Positions 24,360 to 35,226 of a stretch of DNA of 52,083 bases are shown piece by piece; position 1 is the stretch's first letter, and each line of letters begins with the position of its first letter. The DNA comes from Nemertoderma westbladi (lineage: Eukaryota; Animalia; Xenacoelomorpha). Below the pieces are notes generated by a model. It had not been told where the DNA came from. It ran no database searches and worked only from the letters and a program-made list of their open reading frames with translations. The translations under genes and the position numbers were made by a program. The stretch spans positions 1 to 52,083 of the forward strand of contig JAUCBJ010006319.1 in assembly GCA_032718475.1 (NCBI GenBank). The letters are read 5' to 3'.

Positions 24360-26474
24360 ATGTCTCGATCTTAAAAGACACCCCCCTCCGTAAAGCGACG
24401 TTCTCGGGAACAACATTTGGAGATGATGGATACGATGACGGCTGACTATACCGGCGAATCCACCCAACTCGCCCAAAGTATGGAACCGCGTATGGATCCT
24501 TTGGGAAGCTACATCGAACCGCCGATGAACCCCGAACAGCGCGACATCGAACAACAATATTGCGAGTTTATTCTCAAATATACCGAATGCGATGGAAGTT
24601 ACAACAGCTTCCTAACTACTGGTCACCCTATGGACTTACGGGACATTGATGAACAACACGACCATTAGATTCGCGTTGACATTGTAAATATAGATACTGA
24701 TCCTAACAAAAGGTCCATAACGTGAATAGTTTTCCCCGGGGCACGGGTGCTCGCGGGCGGTCTCCTTCGGGAGACTGTAACTTCCTCTTACCTCATCCTC
24801 TTCCTGCTACCGTCGTGATCAGTGTCACAATAAACGTGTAGGAATGAGTAATGACGCGAAAGGAACACGTTCATTGTGGTATCTTGTAGATACTACTCCT
24901 CCATATATTTCTCCTCCTCCCACTCCTCTCCCTCTACCCAACGCAATCGAAGGTGCGAAGCGTTGACAGAGGAATTCTCTTCCTCTTCCATATCCTCTAC
25001 CCAAAGCCCTTGGATCTTCTGCAAGATCCCACCTATCTACCAATCATAGTCGTATCGTGGTATTAATCGTACCACCTCCCATCACACCTCCCCATCCCTT
25101 TACTAATTATCTGGATGCTTATATTGGTGTCCATACCTTCTGTCTATGTATCACCGTGTTGATATTTATGATGTCAGCCTCCATTCCCCTCTTCGTTAGT
25201 TGGATAATCAACTAATAACCACCTCCTTTCAATCACAACTATTGATACAAGGACTGAAAGGATCAAGGTGGTCTTCGGTGAGCAACTTGGTACCATTACG
25301 TGTCATAAATCTGGTTGTTCACACCCCTTACTTCTGGATCCCGCCTGCAGTATGGATTTTCTAACTTTAGTTAATCCTCTCGATGTTACGGAAATCGAAC
25401 CTCTGCAGAAACATCTCGATCACATGGTTAGTCTGAACGCCTTCTGTGAGCCCTTTGATATACAAACTATAAAAGACAAACCCGCACCTCCTCGTAATCT
25501 CACTAATTTCATTGGTGATCGATTAATTCACTGGAACGTCGATGTGCGAATTTCGGGAAGACAAACTCTCTACGGTGATGAAAGAAAAATCCGTCGTATA
25601 GGACGTCCGGGGTTGCAAATCGGTAGTTATCGCCCGAGGCTCCATCGGATCCCTCGATAGCTTATGGTCGCCAGTTGAAGTGGATGAAACCCTCGATGCT
25701 ATGTACCACAACCAGTCCTTGACCTGTTGTTCAACGAGAGGATTTGTAAACTCGGTTCGGCAATATACCCCGACCTATACAAGGATTTCGACTCGTTGCT
25801 AGATATTCCTTACCCCTTTGCGGACACGCAAATGATCCTCCCGTGGGCTCAGGAACGCGGCTTTATCCGCGTTATTTACGAATGCATGGGAAGCGGAATG
25901 CGCAGAGCCGAATGTACCGGCATCGGACATATCTCATTCCATGAACTCGGTTGGGATTTCAAGGAAAGTCGGTATAACCGCTACTTAAATCTGTACGGTG
26001 ATAATTATTCCCATTATTATTTTAATGGTCCCTTGACCGCTCCGGGTGCAGTTTATTCCAATATTAGTGTCCCCCTTCGGCCTTCTTTGGCTATTTATAT
26101 GATTTACGAGAACTCTGCTGTGTCAGGTTGGTTGACCGATACTTGTAGTAGAACTTTGAGGTCTAACACCTTACTTCTCGGCCACCCAGCTTGCCAAAGT
26201 CAACCGTGAAGGTAAGTTCCAAAGTTTCGAATGTTTTCGAAGGTTTTTATTTGCTTTCTTCAGTATTGATAGTCAGTTCCGCGATCACATTCTGAAGGGA
26301 CAAGTAAATAAACGTCTCTCTGCTTTCGAGGATTTAAATCGAAAGGGTTTCGCCATATTCAAGGATGTATGTGCTAAAAACCTACATTCTACTATTCTGG
26401 AACGCCCCATCCTTAAGTCTGGGTATCCAAAACCAGGCAGGTTAGTAAAGGAGCAGGTTACAGAGGCGAATTGA
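24360..26474 (+). pseudogene. Decayed intronless gene of unknown family (about 700 codons)
   Basis: Chained + strand frames: MSRS*KTPPSVKRRSREQHLEMM.., a Pro-rich stretch, 25268-25660, 25727-26209, and a start-less frame of about 100 aa ending KEQVTEAN* at 26474. GC box near 24308, TATATA at 24332, AATAAA at 26488; CpG-rich compared with the flanks. Confidence 0.55.
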
Positions 26475-27787
26475 AAGGAACCAAAACAATAAACGTGATG
26501 AATGTTGTAGAATAGAAAACCAAATTTAAATTTGTTTTATTTCCGTGTACTCTACTGTATATTTATTTTTATCTTTTGTAATATATGTAAATATTTATAC
26601 TGTATATTTTTATCTACGCTATCATTAGATTCGATCTGATATTTTTATTTCCGTGTTCTACTGTATACTTATTAGGTTTTTTTATATATGATTTTATCCT
26701 TTACAATCCTAGTTATTTTATTTCACTGTTCTACTGTATGTTTTTTTTTCCATCAGCACTACTGTCGACTGTTCTTTACTTGATTACATAAATTGCCATT
26801 TAATACGTTATTTTTATTTTCCTGCTTTCTGTAGGGCTATGTTTTTTTTATCAGCCCTCTGCATACTATTGATTTTTAAATTACCATTGGATATACTGTA
26901 TATTTCAATTGGATGCATTGGTCACTTTCTTTCTGATAATTCCGTTTGGTGTCTGTTTTTATTTTCTTCTGTGTCCGCTTAGCAACTGTGAGTGTACCTG
27001 GTTTTTACCGTAAGTGTACCTAGTTGTTTTTCTCCGGTGACAATTTTATTTCATTTTAGAATATTTCACTGTGTTAATAATAATAAAATAAAATAAAACC
27101 AAATTTAATTGAGAATCAACAGTCAGATGTATAGACCTACCGGAACTCCCCCAAACAGGATAGAGCCAAGTTCGTTTTACAGTTTTACCCTGTACATACA
27201 GACAATCTGACAGTACAACATACAGACATACAATCTGACAATTCAGCAATTACAGAATTAGACAAAGTCTGAAAGTTCCAAACTTTGTCATACTGTCATA
27301 GGCTTACCCCTTCTGCCCTTCTGCCCTTTGTTTGTTTGTCTGTTCAGCTGGTTGTTGAGCATGCTGGAATGAGACTGCCAGACTGTCTGACTGTAAGATC
27401 AGGAGATCAGTGATTGGTGGATTGCAGGATTGTGAATCAGTGTAGGCCTATCTGCCTATGTAAATCTGTAGGCCTACCTGTCAGCCTGTCGACTGTCAGC
27501 CTGTAGCTGTAGCTGTGTAGTGTACGCCTAGATCCAGAGATCTGTCAGTCTGTAGATGCTGGATGGTTTTCCGTTTTATGGTTTTTTCGCTGGATTGCAA
27601 AGTGGGGTTCTTCTGTTCTTTGAAACTCAGCTGGTCAGGTTGCAGCTGATAAGCCGGTACTGGCAGACTGGACTGCAGACACCCCACCCCACACCACAGA
27701 TTAGCCTACTGCTGTACTGGCTGACTGGTGACTGGATTACAGGATTTGGTTACCTCTGCCTGTACTGTACCTCAGTAAGTACCTAGA

Positions 27788-28363
27788 CAGTCGGGGAGAA
27801 GTTCTATTTTCAACTGAGTTGAAATTTCAACTTTATTTTTTAAAATTCAACTTTTTATTAAAATTCAACTTTTGGCTGTTTGGCATATGTTTGGAGTAGA
27901 GTTTAAAATTCAACTTTTTTTTAAAATTCAACTTTTGGAGTAGCTTTGGAAATAGGCCTACTGAAATATGGAATTGGAATCCATTACTGGTATTCCATTG
28001 TCAGATTGTATAATAATTATGACATTCAGCGGTAATTAAATACATCTAATAAATTCCCGTAGTAGCCTATTTCAGTATTTCAGCTTATTTGCAAATGTAA
28101 TCACTTAAAAATGTTATAAAAAATAGTGTTCCCGACGGTGAACGGTTTTATTCTATCGGTAATGAGGGTTAATTTTTCGAGTTACACCCATACAGCCATA
28201 AAAACAATGAAAACACCCCTTCTGTCACGTCTTGGGGGCCTTCTCAGCTTCTGTGCCTCCTGCCAACCTGCCATTTTAGAGTTGAATTTACAATTTAAAA
28301 GTTGATTTAAAAAAAAAAGTTTTAAATTTCAACTCAGTTGAAATTTGAACTTCTCCCCGACTG
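27788..28363. mobile_element. MITE with ~40-bp TIRs (hAT-like CAG termini)
   Basis: CAGTCGGGGAGAAGTTC..TTTCAACTGAGTTGAAATTT versus AAATTTCAACTCAGTTGAAA..GAACTTCTCCCCGACTG; subterminal AAATTCAACT repeats; no exact TSD. Confidence 0.8.
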
Positions 28364-29607
28364 AGTAACTAACTCAGTTTGTTACTGTTAGCCTACCAAC
28401 GCTACCAGGCATCCAGGCTGCCAGGTGAATAGCCTACTGGCCTAGCACCTAGCGCAGTCTGGGAGTAGCTGAGTAGCCAGTAGCCCATGCAGCTAGGCCT
28501 ACTCCAAAAGTCTGAAAGTTGAATTTTAACCCTCCCCCGGCACCCGGTAACGTGGGGTAAAATAATACCCCAAGCTGCCAAGGGGATTAATTTTGATATT
28601 TTTCGACAATCATTATGTATGTCCATTGTCCAGCTTCATACAGTCATAGTATCTTCCAAAAAACAGAAAAACTTGTAATCTAACGATTGTGACGGGTCAA
28701 ACCCATAAAATTTTGTTTATGAAAAATGTTATGGGCCCTTACTGCCTTAACAGCTTAATTTGAAAACAACTTAGTTAGGTAAGATGGGGTAGGCCTATAA
28801 AAATACCCCATAACGTTATGTTGCTCGTTTAGTGGTGCTTTGTGACTCATTTTGGTTTCATTGGATTGGAGTGGAACCACAATCTGACAATGATCGATTT
28901 AGTTGTACTAGACAGCTCAGCAGCTAGCTAGAGGCACGTTTTAACTTTGACTTTTAAGACCAAATTATCAGTATTACTGTAGGTTGTGTTTTTCTGAGAT
29001 TTTAAATCGACTGCAGTTACCCACCCAGTCTAGAGATTAGGGGACGGGACATCTGCTCATTATATATCATTATACGTAACATAAGTTTATATCACATGCT
29101 GTGTGAAAGCCCCACTTCGTGTAACTTTTACATTTTATACTATAGTTTGGTGGAACTTCTAGTCAGCGAATTCATCGCATCTTGGTTCACCCAATTCAGC
29201 AATATTGTACAATGTACATTCCACAGCCATACTGCCGAGTACTTCAACTTGTCTGAACCTGAAACTTCTAGCGAAGCTGAAAGTAAGCACGGGTTTACAT
29301 TTGGACAAAAATAATATTTAATTTGTGGATGCCACACAAACACTTCATATATAAAAAAAGAGGAAGAGTCTATTCAGCTATTATCAAACTATACAAAATA
29401 AACACTTGAACTGATCAAAAAGTAAAACACTTTACTCCAAGTCCTTCCAGGTACCAGGTACCTGTGGGGGCCAACCTGGTTTGTAGTAATTTCAGTTACA
29501 GTTATCGTATTCAAAATTCGTAATTACAGTCTCAGTTACAGTTACAGTATTCAAAATTCGTAATTTCAGTTAAAGTTATAGTTAGGTAACGTTACAGTGG
29601 CGGCGGC

Positions 29608-29848
29608 GGGGCAGGGTAGCTCAGTTGGTTGAGCGCCGAGCCTGCAATCTATTGATTGTAGGTTCAGCCCCACCAGGGTCCACTCAGCCTTTCATCCTCT
29701 GGGGTTGATGAAGTGAGTACCAGTTAAATAACTGGGAGCAAATCTTGGGATAGGAGTAGCGCCCACCCCTACCCTCGGGTAGCAGCTATTGAAAGAGGAG
29801 CCTTTGGGTCCCCTCCGGCTTTGGCCGACTGTTTGCTTGCTTGCTTTT
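29608..29848 (+). mobile_element. tRNA-derived SINE with conserved-core-like body
   Basis: A box TAGCTCAGTTGG (29617), degenerate B box GGTTCAGCCC (29661), core ACTCAGCCTTTCATCCT..GGGTTGATGAAGTGAGTACCAG, and a (TTGC)n tail. Confidence 0.85.
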
Positions 29849-31149
29849 ACCGGTACAGTATCAAAAAATCATCAAAATCATTCAGTTACAGTTGCAGTTA
29901 CAGTATAATTACAGTTACAGTTCTCAATATTACTGATGAGAGCCTTGAAAAAGTGATGCCACTAGTGCAGTAGTGAGATATCACTGTACAGCTGTATTCC
30001 TATTCCATCTTTTCAGGCATGGATCCAGATAACTTAACCATCAACAGGGGTGTGGATCGGATATATGGTGCTGAATTTACTGCAGTGTACTCGATTGTGT
30101 TAGGGTAACGTAACATCTAACATCTCATAATTTATTTTATATTTTTGTGTACAGGTCAAGATTAAAGTCACTGTACTCACATTTATTCATCGAGATCATC
30201 AACTAGCTGAATAGTGCTTAACATACGTGTTTGTCACTAGGTCTAATGAAGGTTCGTCTGTTATTACAGTATTATGGAGTTGCACATTAGTTGGTAACAC
30301 AATAGTTTAATGCATTATATATTTGCAGCTTCAAATATTTTTCAGGTTTATATACCGGTACCTCTTTTTACACCAACTGTGAGTTACCTCCCAATGTGAA
30401 TATTTGCATCAAAATATTTTGCATAGTATTTCCCAATATCATGTGTGATATTAAAGTTGAGGTTGGAGCTTCATTTGCTGACTCTTCAAATTGGTCTCTA
30501 TACTCTCATTTTTGGCTTTGACATAGATTTGCTACAATTTTCTGATCCACTAAAATAATAATCTAATTAATATTATTTGCCTTATCTTTTTGCTCATGAA
30601 ATTGTTTATTTTTTTTCTTCATATCTTCATTTGTATCCTTCTGCTCTCCGAGTCCTTCTTTAATATTAATTTATATACTCTCTTTAAATTCCAATACGCA
30701 TTGCAATATATATACAGTGCTACTGAGATTATCGTATCAGGTAACTTTATTTTATTCGGTTCATTCTCACTAAATTGGTGAATAATTGTACATCCATACA
30801 TTGCTGAAATTTTCAATCACTCACTTTGAGGATCTTCTATAGAGTTGATTGAAGTATGTTTTAAGTTTGAAGGTGTTTATGTACGTACAACCCGGTTTGA
30901 AAAAAAAATCATTAAATTTTTTTAACTGTGAGCGACTTTGTAACAGTTTATATTAATGGCCACTTTGTGTTGTAAAAGATAAAAGTTTATCAAAACCGAC
31001 ATTAACAATTAACATGCTTATGAATAATAGCATACATCATCTAATATATAGGCTAACATATATAGGCATACATACATACATATATACTATACATAGGTTA
31101 ACAATGCTCCTGTAAATATTTTAGATTTAGGAGACACAATCTCTGCATA

Positions 31150-32420
31150 TAAGTGTAGTATTAATATATGCCAATTTTACACTTTGCAAAAAGATGACAC
31201 GTAAATTACCTTTGCATTCGTTCAACATTATTAATAGAACCTAGTTGGTATTGACTATTGAGACAAAACGGGAGTGCAATATTCGACAATTGGCCTAACA
31301 AACGATTTATAAGCAGTTTAAAGTGACACCAAAGGAACGCAAGTAAAACATCTAAAAAGCATATTAATAATCTTACAGGCATATCATTGTTGCTTACAAT
31401 GATAATAAAGTTTAAGGTCTGAACAGATCATAATACCAAGATCCTTGCTATCAGTATCTGATTTGAGCGCTTCACCACACAAAGTGTTTGCCAATTTTGG
31501 ATTTTCGTGTCCAATGTATACCATCAGAGTAATTGTGTGCAGCAAACGAAAGTTGCCAGTCTGCCACTCAGTTGCCATTTTACCAAGCCATGATAGTGCA
31601 CCCTGTAGTAGTCATTTTCATTCCCAGGCGCATACAACTTGACATCAGCTAATATTTGAGCCTTCATATTATCATCAAGTACAGTATCTTCATTATATTT
31701 CAATGGTCCTCTTATTTGCTTTGAATTTATAAGTGTGATCATGATGTTACAGTTACCAGTGGTAAGGATTTTAGTTTGCCTGTCCCAAGCCGCTCGAAAT
31801 GCTGCTCTAGATGCTTTAAATACGGCTAGTTGATAGGACTCCTTTCCACCAGGTCAATTACTTCTTCTACAAAGCAACTTTCTTGTAAGCTGTAGCTGAC
31901 TTAGATAAGACGGGTACCGTATATCTTTGTGTATCCATTTACAGCAGGTTTCATACCCAAGACAGTTATTCTCTATAACCCGCTTCTTGCAATGACGGTG
32001 ACGGTTTTCATTTGAATGTTGCGATTGCATTGGTGATAGGTTTGGCTAAGTTGACATCCCAATGAGTGACTATTCACCCCAGAAGTGTTGGTGATCAGTG
32101 CATAACAGTTATTTCTTTTCATAGTGGTATGAATTTTCTGTTTTCAGAACCATATCCATCTATTGTCTAGATGATGTTTAGTTGGTCATATTGAAAGTTG
32201 GTTCTTTAGATTGTATACTTATCTTTGCTGGGCATTCTTAATTCATGGTTGAAAATGTTGATGAATATAAGTTTTTGCTGGAGTGTAGTATTGCTCTATG
32301 CAGCTATGGGACTGTCCTGGAAATTAGTCATGAAACTTTGTAAATCTGGCCAAATGGATATAGAAAACTGTTTATCTGCTTATCACCACCACTGCATTAC
32401 CAACAAGTGTAACCATCTAT
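31150..32420 (-). mobile_element. Heavily decayed CR1/L2-type LINE fragments
   Basis: Minus-strand KDLGIMICSDLKLYYHC resembles the CR1 post-RT motif KDLGV..L.F..HC; the rest is fragmentary. Confidence 0.5.
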
Positions 32421-33148
32421 TATCACTCGTATTCCCCCCCCCCCATTTTTTTTATCTATTTCACATATTTTGGAAGTTTTTGTTCTCACTTCACATACAG
32501 TGCTGTTGTTAGTGCTATATATATCATATATAATATATACATGACAATCATAATGGATCACATTGTGAGGACCCAATTATCGGCATATCTTCAATAACTG
32601 AGAGTCTCAGACAAAACAGTCCTCTTTAGTATAATTTTTCAACAGCTCTACCATAACATAATTCATAATACATTGAACACAGCCGTTACAGTGTACATTA
32701 TTGTACATTAGGTTCTTAATTACTTTCGACATTTGATTGGATTGGACGACACTGGATATATGTACAGATATACTGTAATCAAACAGCAGCGATTTAGCGT
32801 AAAGAAACAGGTAGAGCCACCTAGTGTACTATCTCATATAATTTTCTATATATTTATACAGGTCAAGAAATCTGAGGTATACTTTCACATTCATAGAACC
32901 ATCATTGAGATCTGTCATCCAGTCCAGTGCATATATAATGCATTACTTCCTTCTTCTTCCTGCAGGTTGGTGTTGTTAGGTATAGAATTGCACATTATAT
33001 TATATAAATAATTATTCATAAAAAATATTTTCAAACTGTATATATATAATATATACTTACTTATGTATATATAAACTATTCATAATTATATTATAATAGG
33101 TTAAAAAAAAATATTATTTATTCTATTATATCCATAATGGGTTAATAG

Positions 33149-34022
33149 TAGGGCTCGATCGGAGTTGGGATTTGGCCGGAGCCGGAGCAGGAGCCGGAGT
33201 TGGACAATTTGGCCGGAGCCGGAGCAGGAGCCGGAGTTTTTCAAAAATTGTAAATACCGGTATTTAATTATTTATTAAAAAAAATAAAGTATGGTTATCG
33301 TTCGCCAATCACTCATAATCAATCATACTGTAGGTCTAATTACAGAATTAATTTCATAATTTATAGATTTACGAATTTTCAATTTAAAATTTAAGTAATT
33401 AATTTATCACGGACAGACAGACAGACGGTCTGACGCTGACGGCTAAAAATTACCTACAGCTGTACAGTACCTAACTCACTAACTGTCTAACTGTGGCTGA
33501 CAGGCTGGGGCTGTGAGGTGTGTAGTGTACTGCTGTACTGTAGGTAGCCTACCGTACGTGTTCCAGTCTGCCAGTACTGCAGTACGGTACAGTATGCTGG
33601 CATGACTGCATGACAGCCTGACAGCAGTAAATGGCTGCAGTCAGCAGTGGTACAGTGCTGCAGTGTACAATCATAGCATTTACAATTTTTTTACAGTAGG
33701 GCCTACCAGCTACCTGTAAATAGTCTGCTATTCAGCCAGCTGGCCAGTACTGCAGTACCAGTCCAGTACTGCAGTACAGTCAGTCAGTCATTTACTTTAA
33801 GTAAATACTGCAGTATTATGCTTGATATTGAAGCTGTACTACAGTCCTGCAGTCTGACAGTACTTATAGTGTAAATAATTGTTCAGATTAGAATATGCAC
33901 GAAATATAATACTTTATTAAAAAATTAACTCCGGCAATATTTTTACCGGAGCCGGAGCAGGAGCCGGAGGTGCCAAAATGGCCGGAGCCGGAGCCGGAGG
34001 CCGGAGCTCCGATCGAGCCCTA
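33149..34022. mobile_element. hAT-type MITE (874 bp) with perfect 16-bp TIR and 8-bp TSD
   Basis: TAGGGCTCGATCGGAG...CTCCGATCGAGCCCTA; GTTAATAG at 33141-33148 and 34023-34030; subterminal GCCGGA repeats at both ends. Confidence 0.95.
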
Positions 34023-34140
34023 GTTAATAGGGCACTGGGAAATAAACTATAGATTTTATGTAGGAAGAAATATACCCTTACAATTTTTCATCTTACACTT
34101 ACCTGCTTACATTGATTTATCAGGTGTAGTAAAGATTCAT

Positions 34141-34148
34141 ACTACTAA

Positions 34149-34182
<34 letters not shown>

Positions 34183-34527
34183 GGTCAAGTGAACTCGGAC
34201 AGTGAAAATAAGATCCTTAGATTCTCCGATAGATGTCACAATTTCGTATCTCTAAAGTCAAGTAACACCATCAAGATGGTCTATATATGTTATAGCCAAT
34301 TGTCCATGGCTATGCTTTCCTTGTGTTGGTTGCCAGAAAAGTAGAGTTGGTATGACCTCATATTTACTTCTCCAGCAGTGCCCACTGAATCTTAATCTGT
34401 AGGTGGTATTGAATCCTAAAGCTCACCGCTTGTCATGTCTTGTTTCCAGCAGATGTTTTGGGCTGCCCTTAGTAGTCTTGTGTACATACCAACCATCAAT
34501 TTGTGCTCAAGTTATTTCGTCAGTGTA
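34141..34527 (-). mobile_element. RTE LINE 3' fragment with expanded (TAG)n tail
   Basis: A (CTA)n run at about 34150-34182, followed by sequence co-linear with 14975-15345 (e.g. GCAGTGCCCACTGAATC, GCCCTTAGTAG). Confidence 0.85.
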
Positions 34528-35226
34528 ATGTATAAAGATTCATATTTGAAATATTTTCCTAAAATCTTCAACTTGTGGTGAATTCTTTCAAGTTAAATAC
34601 AGGTTTTATATAGTATATCTTCAGGTCTAAAGACTATAAAAGTTGATATTCACCGTTCTGACCTGCTTTTTAGTTTCTTTTGCTTTTATTAGGAATGGGG
34701 CACATGAACTGACATTCTTTACGAATTTCACAGAATGGTCATGAAATGCTCTGCTCATCATTTCAAACATTGGTAATTTTTTGATGTAATATATTGGCTG
34801 CGCAAACGTTGCAAATGTCGCGAATTTCATATAGATGGTAAATGTCGAGAAATGTAATTTTTTTTACATCGCATTCATCGCGAATTTTGTAACTGTTAGA
34901 AATTTTTTATTATATAAATTAATATTGGCTATACAAACGTCGTGAATTTCGCAAACATCAGAATTTTTTTATGTAATTTAATGGCTGCGCAAACCTTGCA
35001 TTTGTTTTTCTGTATGAAGGTCTGTCTGTCAAATTGTGAAACAGACAGACTGGATTCCACCAAAAATTTTAACTGACATTGGAAGTGATTCTATCATCTC
35101 AGCAAACAGAATTTTCCTAGATGGGATAAATATTTCTCCATTTGACGCAACACCGCCGCGGCCGCTTTGAGGGAGGTGAATACCGCGGCAGCTCCTAAGG
35201 CCGCAGGCCATGGCTAACTATATAGG

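Noticed and set aside
25880-26190. Tyrosine recombinase motifs (GSGMRRAE...TLRS...LLLGH) in the orphan gene
   Set aside because: The H-x-x-R histidine is absent, the spacing to LGH is far too short, there is no catalytic Tyr after it, and the longer reading continues in another frame. Treated as chance unless a profile search says otherwise.
29608-29680. Functional tRNA-Cys gene
   Set aside because: The T-loop/B box is degenerate, the acceptor stem does not pair, and it runs straight into a SINE body and tail.
29930-29990. Hammerhead or C/D snoRNA at CTGATGAGAGCCTTGAAA
   Set aside because: No proper stem II or flanking stems, and no D box with a terminal stem.
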